This document shows positions 35,639 to 44,944 of a DNA stretch of 64,000 nucleotides, in pieces. Below the pieces are notes generated by a model, which made no database searches, had not been told where the DNA came from, and was given only the letters and a program-made list of their open reading frames with translations. A program made the translations under genes and the position numbers. Position 1 is the stretch's first letter, and the number at the start of each line of letters is the position of its first letter. Where the stretch lies: sequence record NC_042060.1, one strand, 5' to 3'.

Positions 35639-35714
35639 CGGAGTGTAGCGCAGTTGGTAGCGCGCCTGCTTTGGGAGCAGGATGTCGGGAGTTCGAGTCT
35701 CCCCACTCCGACCA
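35639..35714 (+). tRNA. tRNA-Pro(TGG)
   Basis: CGGAGTG acceptor, loop TT-TGG-GA, GTTCGAGTC, CCA. Confidence 0.95.
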
Positions 35715-35735
35715 TTTTAATAATAGGTAAATAGG

Positions 35736-36029
35736 ATGGATAATAAATGGATATCATGGGAACATCAAATTATAGGAACAGCTCTTTACGCTATTCTTAG
35801 TGACCCTGAATTAACTAATATTCAATTAGCTCAAGGCTTACACTATCTAACAGAAGCAAAGTCTTCTGTATTACATGTTTGTAATAACCATATTACATTC
35901 ACTGTAACCTATCCACATGGCACATTTAGAACCAATGTAATTAGAGAGTGCCCTGCTAGTGATACAAATACATTCAAATGGTCAGGTGTATTAGTCCGTC
36001 AAAAAGATGGAACATTCTTACCAGAATAA
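35736..36029 (+). CDS. hypothetical protein
   Basis: 97-aa ORF between tRNAs. Confidence 0.7.
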   Translation: MDNKWISWEHQIIGTALYAILSDPELTNIQLAQGLHYLTEAKSSVLHVCNNHITFTVTYPHGTFRTNVIRECPASDTNTFKWSGVLVRQKDGTFLPE

Positions 36030-36036
36030 ATAAAAA

Positions 36037-36113
36037 GGGCCTATAGCTCAGTTGGTTAGAGCAGGCGACTCATAATCGCTTGGTCGCAGGTTCAAGTCCT
36101 GCTGGGCCCACCA
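36037..36113 (+). tRNA. tRNA-CAT, most likely Ile2 (lysidine, reads ATA) rather than Met
   Basis: Loop CT-CAT-AA; body GAGCAGGCGACTCATAATCGCTTGGTC matches recalled bacterial ileX; C4-G69 and C5-G68 pairs. Confidence 0.9.
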
Positions 36114-36165
36114 TATACTAGCCTCCCACTTGGGGGAGGTTTTATACTGTCTCATTGAGGAAAAC

Positions 36166-36387
36166 ATGAATACAGTAATAATGTTGGTATTATCTATCAA
36201 AGTTGGATTATTTGGTTTCATTTCGACTAATGAAAGTAATATCCTATTTGAAAATAGGGAACAGTGTATTTCTCATCTGGATATTCTGGAACATAAATAC
36301 AAGTCTCTTGAAGTTATTCGAAATGAGAATACTCTAAAGATAACCGAAAGAGATAACCATTCTATTTATATTTTTAAATGTCTCTAG
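36166..36387 (+). CDS. small hypothetical protein, hydrophobic N-terminus
   Basis: ATG 36166 with GAGGA RBS; track start lies in a terminator hairpin. Confidence 0.7.
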   Translation: MNTVIMLVLSIKVGLFGFISTNESNILFENREQCISHLDILEHKYKSLEVIRNENTLKITERDNHSIYIFKCL

Positions 36388-36395
36388 GAAAATAC

Positions 36396-36683
36396 ATGGA
36401 ACATCAAGAACAAAAAGAACTATTGAGACAACCATTACAAACACTTTATAATCTTACTTTTAGTCCCCGTTTACGTAATGGAGCGAAGGCTCCCGATTGG
36501 ATTCACCTGACCGATGAAGTAACCCTATTCCCAAACGGATTAGATATTACAATCAACGCTGTTACACGTTGCATCAAATGGGAACTTATCGGCGAGGATG
36601 TAAGTAACATTACTTATGTTGAAGCTATGTTCTTTAATAAAGGTCTTAAAGCAGTTAAAGCCTATCTCAAACATACGGAGTAA
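36396..36683 (+). CDS. hypothetical protein
   Basis: ATG 36396 with AGGA RBS (alternative 36378). Confidence 0.7.
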   Translation: MEHQEQKELLRQPLQTLYNLTFSPRLRNGAKAPDWIHLTDEVTLFPNGLDITINAVTRCIKWELIGEDVSNITYVEAMFFNKGLKAVKAYLKHTE

Positions 36684-36685
36684 AT

Positions 36686-37033
36686 ATGGATCATCTAACC
36701 CCAACGCAGAGCGCTGTATATTTCACATTTATTAGCCCTGAGTTTATAAAGCTAACTCTTGTTGAATCTTTTGTAGCGATCCACAAGAAACATCCAGAAG
36801 TAAAGCATTGCGTTAAGAAAAAGATTAGTGCTAATGAAACGCAGTTTATCTTTATCTTCAAAGATGGGACTGATAATTTAATCATTACACGTAAAACTGA
36901 ACCTTGCCCTGAACTGGATAGCCCAGTAGGCGATAGTATTAAGTTGTCCGGCGAAGAACTTAAAAATATTCTTGCTAAGTACGATCGTCCCAAGGATGGT
37001 AACTATTTCAAGCACTGGACTGATCGCCCGTAA
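36686..37033 (+). CDS. hypothetical protein
   Basis: 115 aa, GGAG RBS. Confidence 0.75.
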   Translation: MDHLTPTQSAVYFTFISPEFIKLTLVESFVAIHKKHPEVKHCVKKKISANETQFIFIFKDGTDNLIITRKTEPCPELDSPVGDSIKLSGEELKNILAKYDRPKDGNYFKHWTDRP

Positions 37034-37050
37034 TAAAATATTACTGGTTA

Positions 37051-37065
37051 TGTAATACTATGTAG
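37051..37065 (+). promoter_or_regulatory. TGTAAT-NN-TATGTAG motif upstream of tRNA-Asp/Asn
   Basis: tgtaat-ac-tatgtag. Confidence 0.6.
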
Positions 37066-37085
37066 GAAGTCATGTCCATACGTTT

Positions 37086-37162
37086 GCGCTCATAGTTCAG
37101 TTGGTTAGAATACCCGCCTGTCACGCGGGTGGTCAGGGGTTCGAGTCCCCTTGGGCGCGCCA
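37086..37162 (+). tRNA. tRNA-Asp(GTC)
   Basis: Cloverleaf, loop CT-GTC-AC, G73, CCA. Confidence 0.95.
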
Positions 37163-37168
37163 TTTAAT

Positions 37169-37244
<76 letters not shown>

Positions 37245-37250
37245 TATTCT

Positions 37251-37274
37251 AAAGAGTAGCTTCGGCTACTCTTT
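37251..37274 (+). terminator. intrinsic terminator after tRNA-Asn
   Basis: aaagagtagc-UUCG-gctactcttt then TATGTTG. Confidence 0.85.
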
Positions 37275-37328
37275 TATGTTGCCATGGGTTATCTTATGAA
37301 TTAAAATGATTTACTTGAGAGCACACTC

Positions 37329-38336
37329 ATGTTTGAATTACTATTATCGCCAGATATAGGCGAAGAGTTACCCTTGGTTGGATTTAATGAAATTATTAAA
37401 TTAGGTGATCTACCTGTAGCGTTAGCTGGTACAATGTCATATGTGGATGGAAATACACTGTATGTTGGATCTGGTCATCATACTGAAGGACAAACAGCTG
37501 CAACTGTGTTCAGACGTTTTACCATATCGCCATTTGCCGATATAGGTGCAACTGCTTCTGGAACATTCTTACCAGGGGTATCTTTAGGATTTGGGACATT
37601 ACATAAGAATAACTTTATTGTTTATGGCGGTATTACTGGATGGAACTCGGCTGGTAATGGTGGTACGGGAACATCTAACTTTATACAACATTTTGATATA
37701 GCTACAGGCAATAGGGTTGAGCGATATAGTGGTCCCGTACCACTTTGGGGCACAGCCTCCGCATCAGATGGTAATGATCTTATTATGTGTGTTAACCCAG
37801 TTGGGGTAAATGCAATGCGGTTAAAACCATCGGGTAAGACATGGCTTAGTGGGCAAGATTATTCAGGTGGTGCTCGTTCAGGTCAACAGTTATTCTTTTA
37901 TAATGGTTACTTTTACCATTTTGGTGGTTGGGATAATACAAAGAACATACCTAATCTTGAAGTTTATCGATATAATGCAACTACCTTAATATGGGAGCAA
38001 ACACCTTGGATGATTATACCTGCTGATAAAGGAACAATCTGGCAAGGTAACGGTTATGTAGATGGAGAATATTTTAATTACCTTAACGCTGTTGATGTCG
38101 GCGGTGTAACTAAAATGTTTGCACAACGTTTTAATATTAGGCGCCGGAAATGGGCTGAACCATTTGAACTAGGTATCGGATTCCTTAATATTTCATCTAT
38201 AGCTAAAGGTCCGGATAATAGCATGATCATTGTAGGTGGATCTAAAATGCCAGTTGGTGGTGGAGCATATATGTTGAAAAGCCAATTGTTATCAGGTATC
38301 TATCAGGTAAAACTAGCGCCATTAATCATTGATTAA
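37329..38336 (+). CDS. Kelch-repeat beta-propeller protein, possibly virion-associated
   Basis: Repeats LYVGSG, FIVYGGITG, FYHFGGWD, MIIVGG; MFELLLS start recalls phiKZ-like structural proteins. Confidence 0.8.
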   Translation: MFELLLSPDIGEELPLVGFNEIIKLGDLPVALAGTMSYVDGNTLYVGSGHHTEGQTAATVFRRFTISPFADIGATASGTFLPGVSLGFGTLHKNNFIVYGGITGWNSAGNGGTGTSNFIQHFDIATGNRVERYSGPVPLWGTASASDGNDLIMCVNPVGVNAMRLKPSGKTWLSGQDYSGGARSGQQLFFYNGYFYHFGGWDNTKNIPNLEVYRYNATTLIWEQTPWMIIPADKGTIWQGNGYVDGEYFNYLNAVDVGGVTKMFAQRFNIRRRKWAEPFELGIGFLNISSIAKGPDNSMIIVGGSKMPVGGGAYMLKSQLLSGIYQVKLAPLIID

Positions 38337-38620
38337 AATAATAATATTTATAACTATTTAGATAATTATACTGGCACGATGATATTATGTAAGAGTACTA
38401 TAATAAAGTATTCTTAAATCTATCCACTAAACACACTCGGTGGTAGAACTTATTATAGAGTGTGTCTAAATGCCAGGGGTTTGCCACCCCTGGTTATATT
38501 CATTGTTACTATTATAAATTCATTTATAGATGAGAAAAGGTTTTATCACCTTTTCAAAATCGGCATTTAATTCCAGTTAAAAAACTGAATCTATGCTACA
38601 TTGTAATAAAGGAGTCTATT

Positions 38621-39133
38621 ATGACTAACTCTAATCAGTTTGTAAGAACTATTGTAAAGTACCAAGATATCCTAGATGCTTTAATTCAAAAAACGAATGA
38701 GAACTGGGTTAATTATCGATCTAATTCTATTGGTCATATTGTTATTCGTGAATACAGGACTGTTGGATTATTTGTAGGTCGGCAATGTGGTAGTACAACT
38801 GCATTGATTGAGTTTGCTAATCGTCATCCTGGCGAATGTCTAGCTGTATTTGTAGAAGATAAAATTAAACAGGCTGTACTGGCTAAGTTCCAGAATGCTA
38901 AAGATAATATTGTTTCTTGTTTAATTACACACCAACTCCGTAAATATATTCATCAACCTGAGGAATCATCTATTCAAAAAGATATTAAAGAAGAATTAAT
39001 ATCGTCTGTAAAATATATTCTTGTTGACAATGCCTCATTTAATCTGAACCTACGCGGTATCACTGATAAAGAATTTAACCAGTGGGTTGCAGATACTTTT
39101 GGTACAGAGGTAATGGTGGTTCGTTTTAGTTAG
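38621..39133 (+). CDS. degenerate P-loop-like protein
   Basis: VGRQCGST (Walker A Lys replaced by Ser) and YILVDNAS Walker B-like. Confidence 0.6.
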   Translation: MTNSNQFVRTIVKYQDILDALIQKTNENWVNYRSNSIGHIVIREYRTVGLFVGRQCGSTTALIEFANRHPGECLAVFVEDKIKQAVLAKFQNAKDNIVSCLITHQLRKYIHQPEESSIQKDIKEELISSVKYILVDNASFNLNLRGITDKEFNQWVADTFGTEVMVVRFS

Positions 39134-39217
39134 AATTAGTAACTTTGATAGTTTCTAATAAGATTAACTACACGTTATTTACATAATGTCATAACAAGAA
39201 ATAAATAATACTCAGAT

Positions 39218-39232
39218 TGTAATAATATGTAG
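39218..39232 (+). promoter_or_regulatory. TGTAAT-NN-TATGTAG motif upstream of tRNA-Asn copy 2
   Basis: tgtaat-aa-tatgtag. Confidence 0.55.
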
Positions 39233-39294
39233 TTATTACATATCTATATTAGGTTGTCAGTAACTCATCTCTAATATAAAATCGCCATAATTCT

Positions 39295-39370
<76 letters not shown>

Positions 39371-39414
39371 ATTCATAGTTTTAGATTTAGTTATATTTCA
39401 CTACTATGTAAACT

Positions 39415-39440
39415 ATAAAGGCAGCTAATGCTGCCTTTAT
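39415..39440 (+). terminator. intrinsic terminator
   Basis: ataaaggcagc-taat-gctgcctttat. Confidence 0.8.
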
Positions 39441-39501
39441 GTCGTCTTGTAAAAGTACCCAGTAGTTGAATCTTATAGCTGAATACAAATAGGGTAAAGA
39501 C

Positions 39502-39687
39502 ATGTCACTTAAAGCATTGCAAGATATAGTTAGTAGTGTTCCTACAAATGAACAAAAGGAACGATTAGTTAAAGTTCGGAAAACGATGGAAGAGCTAAAT
39601 GAGTCTATTAAGAATCAGATTCGTAATAAACGACCTAGTCAAGCTCTTCTCGACAAAACGATAAACTGGGGTACCAAGTATGGCTAA
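39502..39687 (+). CDS. small hypothetical protein
   Basis: 61 aa, helical. Confidence 0.65.
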   Translation: MSLKALQDIVSSVPTNEQKERLVKVRKTMEELNESIKNQIRNKRPSQALLDKTINWGTKYG

Positions 39688-39970
39688 GACATTAGTTCGT
39701 GCAAAGCTGATTACTGAGGCTGGTCAATGGATGTCGTCTGACTGGGAATGTGGTTTCCGTGCATGTCGATTCGTGAAACTTGGTAATGATCATGTAAACA
39801 TAAAAGACTTTGAGGCTATGATCACGGCATTCGAAGTTGGTGACATGTTAGTGATTTGGCCAAATGGGCTTAGAACTTCGTATAGTGTGGATAATTTCAA
39901 TAAGTACTTTTCCCATATCAAAGATGAATACCATGAGACTGATCTCCGTCCACTCTTTTACCCCAAGTAG
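39680..39970 (+). CDS. hypothetical protein
   Basis: 96 aa, overlaps the upstream stop. Confidence 0.7.
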   Translation: MAKTLVRAKLITEAGQWMSSDWECGFRACRFVKLGNDHVNIKDFEAMITAFEVGDMLVIWPNGLRTSYSVDNFNKYFSHIKDEYHETDLRPLFYPK

Positions 39971-40441
39971 TTGAGCTTATGATAACTATATTCGTGTATA
40001 AATACATTACATTCGTTATACCCTTTAATTGATTGAAATCAAGCTACATAAAAGTGATTGAATGGTCCATGTAGGTGATAATTTTAATAAAGGTAAAGGA
40101 TTTATCAGAGAATATCTCAGTGCATTTAGGTATTTTATCACTCGCCTATCTAAATCACATAAAGCCCTTTACCGAGGAATGTGAGAATGTTGGTTGCGAT
40201 TGATAATACTGGGACAGAATATGATGTCGACCCAACTGATGAAGTAGACGTAATGTTTGTATTTAGACCCACACTAAAATAACTTTATATGACTTAATAC
40301 CCCTCTATATAGAGTGGTCTATTTATAAGTAAAATTATACATAGAGTTAATATTATTTGTAGATTAGTTCTACACATAACTCAACTTGAAACCGGGTGTT
40401 AATAAAATTTAACACTACGGAAAACATAAAGGTGTATAAAA

Positions 40442-41071
40442 ATGGCTTTTCATTTTACTGAAGTAGATTTAAATGATTTTATCAATGAATCAGGTAAAGA
40501 CTTAAAAATAAATGTTGGTAAACAAACACTAGCAGTTTATGATATCGATAGGCTAAATATTGTTAATTCAACTATTAATAAACTAGTTTATAATGAACCT
40601 ATAAGTGAAGAACACATAGATGCATCACTTACAGATAATTCATTAAAAGAGCTTAATGATTATTTACTAAATGTTGGTGTTACTGAAAGCGCTAAAATGA
40701 TGATTGATGCTGTGTTAGAATTAAGCGATTATCATAAAAGTGATGAATACTTTAACCCAATGATGTATAAATTAAAAAGTATGCACACTAAAAATACAGA
40801 TGGTGTTTATTTGATATTTTTACCAACGCCTACTATCGATGATCAAATTAACACCATGCAAGGGTATATTATCAATAAATCCGGTAATCTCATTAGGACT
40901 ACTGTACAGTCATGGCGATTTGAGAAAATTGAATTCAAAGACTTAGCCAAACATGATAGACGTTGGTTATTTATTGAATATTACATTAATGTTAAACAAA
41001 CGAAAAATAATATAATCAAAGAGCAACAAGATGAATTAACTAAATTTATTTATTATAGTACTCTAAGTTAA
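40442..41071 (+). CDS. hypothetical protein
   Basis: 209 aa, AAGGTG RBS. Confidence 0.8.
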   Translation: MAFHFTEVDLNDFINESGKDLKINVGKQTLAVYDIDRLNIVNSTINKLVYNEPISEEHIDASLTDNSLKELNDYLLNVGVTESAKMMIDAVLELSDYHKSDEYFNPMMYKLKSMHTKNTDGVYLIFLPTPTIDDQINTMQGYIINKSGNLIRTTVQSWRFEKIEFKDLAKHDRRWLFIEYYINVKQTKNNIIKEQQDELTKFIYYSTLS

Positions 41072-41095
41072 AACAAATAAAAAAATAAATATAAG

Positions 41096-41118
41096 AGCTA
41101 GCCCCTAATGGGCTAGCT
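41096..41118. terminator. terminator between convergent genes
   Basis: agctagccc-ctaat-gggctagct. Confidence 0.8.
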
Positions 41119-41128
41119 TTATGTTATC

Positions 41129-41266
41129 TTACTCTGCTACATCTTTTACATCAGGTTTATTATTCCAACGTACTGCTCTCGCAATACCATACGTAAGAAT
41201 AAGAGCACCTACGGCGCCAATAGTGGTGCTAATAATAATGCCAAGAGTTTTTGGGTCGATATTCAT
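41129..41266 (-). CDS. small single-TM protein (45 aa)
   Basis: Below track cutoff; AGGA RBS; follows the early-promoter cassette at 41311-41350. Confidence 0.7.
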   Translation of the reverse strand: MNIDPKTLGIIISTTIGAVGALILTYGIARAVRWNNKPDVKDVAE

Positions 41267-41310
41267 ATTTAGTTTCCTATTTACAATTAATAGAAAATAT
41301 TACTTTTAGT

Positions 41311-41351
41311 AATATCAAGTTAATGATATACTGTTTAAATATGTTTGAATA
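41311..41351 (-). promoter_or_regulatory. early promoter cassette, copy 3
   Basis: 39/41 identity with 24166-24206. Confidence 0.75.
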
Positions 41352-41413
41352 TAACTTTATTTATTATAATAAATAAAATAATACTTTCATATACACTATA
41401 TGTAGAAGATTCC

Positions 41414-41490
41414 GCCGCTATAGCTCAGCTAGGTAGAGCAACGCACTTGTAATGCGTAGGTCCTCCGTTCGATTCGGAGTGGCGGCACCA
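41414..41490 (+). tRNA. tRNA-Thr(TGT)
   Basis: Cloverleaf, loop CT-TGT-AA, CCA. Confidence 0.95.
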
Positions 41491-41568
41491 AATTTACTGA
41501 GGTTTAAACTATTCTTAAATATATTAGTTAGGATGGGATTGAACGCGAAAGACTCAGTAAATCATATT

Positions 41569-41588
41569 GCCCCTCCATATGGAGGGGC
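41569..41588 (+). terminator. intrinsic terminator
   Basis: gcccctcc-atat-ggaggggc then TTATGTTTG. Confidence 0.8.
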
Positions 41589-41619
41589 TTATGTTTGTCA
41601 TTAATCAGGAAAATATAAA

Positions 41620-41796
41620 ATGAGTCATCTATTATTTATCATCCAAGAATACATTACTAATAAATTTGAGGTAACACGAATTGATATGAAGCCAGGCAAT
41701 CGAATGTTACGCGTATGTGTATACGGTCAACATGAGGAAAAAGGTTTCGTCCGTGTAGATTTATGGTCAGTTGGTTATCGCATTACAAAGAAATAA
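41620..41796 (+). CDS. small hypothetical protein (58 aa)
   Basis: Below track cutoff; AGGA RBS; MSHLLFIIQEYITNKFEV... Confidence 0.6.
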   Translation: MSHLLFIIQEYITNKFEVTRIDMKPGNRMLRVCVYGQHEEKGFVRVDLWSVGYRITKK

Positions 41797-41838
41797 TACT
41801 CCAGATTATTTAATATGTATTAATCAAAGGAGTTTATA

Positions 41839-42249
41839 ATGAGTAATGAAACTAACTATCTAGGTTATGAATGGAAAACAGATATAACTACTTCAAATAT
41901 TAATAGAGTGGTTGATTTATATACACTTGAATTAGCATGGTTAAAAGAAGATTTTAATGATACTCTTTTTATAAAGTCTTATAAAGTTCTAGAGGGTCTA
42001 TTAGAGGAACCGTCTAGGGCAATCCATGATGATACAGTAACCATTCAAGATCAATTAGATGAATTAAATACTGTTTTTAAATTAGTATTTGGAAAAGATA
42101 ATAACGTAGAGTTATCAATTAATAATGATTCAATTATTGTGATCGGTGCTACAGATGCAACTAAAGAAAAGTTAGAAGCAGAGGTGCGTGAGTTTGCATA
42201 TAGAAAATCATTAATTGATGAACGTTATCCAGATATTGTAACGGATTAA
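41839..42249 (+). CDS. hypothetical protein
   Basis: 136 aa, AAGGAG RBS. Confidence 0.8.
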   Translation: MSNETNYLGYEWKTDITTSNINRVVDLYTLELAWLKEDFNDTLFIKSYKVLEGLLEEPSRAIHDDTVTIQDQLDELNTVFKLVFGKDNNVELSINNDSIIVIGATDATKEKLEAEVREFAYRKSLIDERYPDIVTD

Positions 42250-42329
42250 AATACTTACAGCTATCTAGTATGTAACTAGGCGGATTGCCATTTGTAAATT
42301 ATCTATTTAATCAAACTGAGGAAATACTA

Positions 42330-42719
42330 ATGAAACAATTCTTTCAGCTACTTCTAAGCCTGCTTTTCAAACTACCGGTTCTATCATATTTTGCTGAGAA
42401 GAAACGACTAGAGAAAGAGAAACAGGAAGAAGAAAAGCGTCAGCAAGAACAACGTCAAAAAGAACTACTTGATGAACAACGTCGCGAACAAGAAGATCAT
42501 TATCGAAAGACGGCTTACGATCGCCTAGCAAAACTTATTCATACTCGGTGGTATGATGAGTTTAACGCATATGAAAAGAAACTAGTTGATCTTGCCGTGT
42601 CGAGTGGTAAAGCAGTTAGTGTTAAGTATGGTAAAGTCACTAAGATGCAACACCCTCAGCAATTTAAACTACTTAATGATTGGCTGGATGATATCCCAGT
42701 AGAAGATTATTCTAAGTGA
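42330..42719 (+). CDS. coiled-coil protein with hydrophobic N-terminus
   Basis: ATG 42330 with GAGGA RBS; E/K/Q/R-rich centre. Confidence 0.75.
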   Translation: MKQFFQLLLSLLFKLPVLSYFAEKKRLEKEKQEEEKRQQEQRQKELLDEQRREQEDHYRKTAYDRLAKLIHTRWYDEFNAYEKKLVDLAVSSGKAVSVKYGKVTKMQHPQQFKLLNDWLDDIPVEDYSK

Positions 42720-42744
42720 GTTTAAATAAAAAAATAAAGACATA

Positions 42745-42768
42745 GCCCCTCTCCACATGGAGAGGGGT
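42745..42768. terminator. terminator between convergent genes
   Basis: gcccctctcc-acat-ggagaggggt. Confidence 0.8.
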
Positions 42769-42779
42769 TTATGCCGTAA

Positions 42780-43460
42780 TTATACACTTACTTTGATAAG
42801 ATTTTTAATATCAGTGAAATGGGTATATGTTGCCTTTTTATCTTTGTGAACCAGTAGGCAACAGGTGCCTTCATTTACGGTATTGGTTTGTTTTAATGGG
42901 ATATTTAAAGCATATTCAAATAGATCATCCATCCAGTTAAATGCCATGAACTTATTGATAAGGACATGATCGAAATCAATTAATTCAATAAACGAATCGA
43001 TCTCAGATTGATAATACTCTACAACCATTTTAGACCATTCTTTGTTTATTGCATTAATGACATTGGGATTATTTATTTTATTAAATAACTCAGTGCGTTC
43101 CTTAGTAGGTAAACTGAGATAATAATTAATATTACTTCTAACGATATCTGGATTAGTGATATCTAGTTTTTCTGGTAAGTTATGTTTACTATCTACATAT
43201 TTCTTGGTTTCTGGAGTCATCCTCCAGCAACCATAATCAGCAGTAGTACTTGATGGATCTATTTTAGTCTCCACTACTTTAGAAAATACATCTACATATA
43301 AATTAACAGATTCGTATACATCAGGTCTGATTGGATTAAAGTTTAAACTTTTAATAAGACCCCTAACTGGCCGAGTACCAATTAGACAATGCAATTCAAG
43401 CTTAACATTTTCCTCTTTAGCCATCTTAAATATATCAGCAAAACTGAGCTTTACTGCCAT
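42780..43460 (-). CDS. hypothetical protein
   Basis: 226 aa, AAGGT RBS. Confidence 0.8.
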   Translation of the reverse strand: MAVKLSFADIFKMAKEENVKLELHCLIGTRPVRGLIKSLNFNPIRPDVYESVNLYVDVFSKVVETKIDPSSTTADYGCWRMTPETKKYVDSKHNLPEKLDITNPDIVRSNINYYLSLPTKERTELFNKINNPNVINAINKEWSKMVVEYYQSEIDSFIELIDFDHVLINKFMAFNWMDDLFEYALNIPLKQTNTVNEGTCCLLVHKDKKATYTHFTDIKNLIKVSV

Positions 43461-43628
43461 TTAGAATATACCTTTTATTAATTGGACAAATAGATTAGAT
43501 ACACATAGCAATAGAATAAACCATAAACCTAGTCTTTGTAATTTATCTATACGCTTAGCTTTTTGTTTCCTCTTTAATCTAACTAATAATGTATTTTTAA
43601 TATCATTCATTAAATTATCTCAGATTTT

Positions 43629-44159
43629 TTAGACGGTGTATAAACCCTCAGTATTACATGTTGTTATGATATTGTAAAGACGATGCCAATAGCGATCATA
43701 CGTATTTTTACGTTTGTAGCTATTGGTACGGATGACTAGATTGGCGACCCAGTGATTCTGATCAATGGTCTCATGTAGATGCCCGAAATAAGCCCCCAGT
43801 TCAATTTCGAATGGGATCTTACACTCACGCCCCTTACACATTGCTTCACGCAATAAACGCATTGCAGAATTCTCTGCATTGGTATCTTTAAATAAAAGAC
43901 TAATGTATCCAGGGCTACCACCAGTTTCTTCATCAACATGGCCTGAACAGCAATAAATAGTTGCAACATTGGTAAATTGATTAAACCATTTAATTAATGG
44001 CCTACATGCTTCATCAATAAGATCTTCATATTCAGGTTTATACATTACTTTAACAGTATCATCTGCACGTTGTTTCACATGATGAAAATATTGCTCCCAA
44101 TTTACATTAGTGTAATATAGCATATCCATATTAGAATTACTCATACAAATCAACCCCAT
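43629..44159 (-). CDS. TYW3/Taw3-like motif protein
   Basis: IDEACRPLIKWFNQFTNVATIYCCSGH resembles TYW3 IDxxIxxLxxxINxxxxxxTxSSCSGR; alternative start 44144. Confidence 0.6.
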   Translation of the reverse strand: MGLICMSNSNMDMLYYTNVNWEQYFHHVKQRADDTVKVMYKPEYEDLIDEACRPLIKWFNQFTNVATIYCCSGHVDEETGGSPGYISLLFKDTNAENSAMRLLREAMCKGRECKIPFEIELGAYFGHLHETIDQNHWVANLVIRTNSYKRKNTYDRYWHRLYNIITTCNTEGLYTV

Positions 44160-44881
44160 ATGTTATTGGCATATTCGCGGTCATTGAAAATGCGGGTAAG
44201 ATCCATCCGCTTTTGAATGCGCGCTAGTATCCATTTTAGTTGTTTAGTTGATAGTTCTTGATTTTGCTTGTACTCACCTGTAGCATGGATGTAATAATCA
44301 AATTTACGACTTACAGTAGTAGTATGTGCACATGCAATAGCAAATGCTTCAAGTGCAGTTAGTTTGGTTGATCCATTATCATTACAATTAGGGATAAACT
44401 CAAGTACACTATTAACTGCATCTACACCACTACCCAAATGAGCCCAATCTTTCTTGGTGATGTTGATACCCATGTCTTTAAGAATAACTGTATATATGTC
44501 ACCATTCTCCATAGTGAACATCATAGAAGTATTACCATTAAACAACCTGCGTTCTATGACTGGCAAGATATTTACTTCAACTTTAAACCAATCAGCTAAA
44601 TCAACACCTGCGGTAAGGGCATTCAATAGATCATAAACATTATCTATAGTTCCAGCAAAAGCCATAGTTTTAACACGTTTACCTTGCCAAGTAACTGTCG
44701 GATGAAAAATTATCTTGTGGCAATCATTGTAATATACATCTACACCTTCAGCTTTAGCAGTTAGATCAATATAACCGTTATCTAATACTGGAAGTCGCCC
44801 AATGCTATCAGTTGCATTATTCCGCTCAATTAATAGGCAGTCTGCAATCATGACTTTACCATCATTTACGATATATGTCAT
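44150..44881 (-). CDS. HslV/proteasome-beta-like N-terminal-Thr hydrolase
   Basis: GGAG RBS places the start at ATG 44881, giving M-TYIVNDGKVMIAD; CHK, MAFAG, HLGSG motifs. Confidence 0.7.
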   Translation of the reverse strand: MTYIVNDGKVMIADCLLIERNNATDSIGRLPVLDNGYIDLTAKAEGVDVYYNDCHKIIFHPTVTWQGKRVKTMAFAGTIDNVYDLLNALTAGVDLADWFKVEVNILPVIERRLFNGNTSMMFTMENGDIYTVILKDMGINITKKDWAHLGSGVDAVNSVLEFIPNCNDNGSTKLTALEAFAIACAHTTTVSRKFDYYIHATGEYKQNQELSTKQLKWILARIQKRMDLTRIFNDREYANNIWG

Positions 44882-44916
44882 TTTCACTCCTTATAATAAA
44901 ATAAATAGGCTTAAGC

Positions 44917-44944
44917 GAAATAAAGCCCTCCCCGAAGGGAGGGC
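44917..44944 (-). terminator. intrinsic terminator
   Basis: gccctccc-UUCG-gggagggc then TTTATTTC. Confidence 0.88.

Noticed and set aside
36037-36113. tRNA-Met or initiator tRNA call
   Set aside because: Has a paired G1-C72, lacks the three G-C anticodon-stem pairs of fMet, and matches Ile2 features.
40010-40040. Promoter-like cgttataccctttaattgattgaaat pointing antisense to 39680-39970
   Set aside because: The core differs from TATATTAC at several positions, and such matches are likely by chance in AT-rich DNA.
44112-44119. GTAATATA early-promoter core
   Set aside because: Lies inside a CDS and lacks the correctly spaced TTTAA element.
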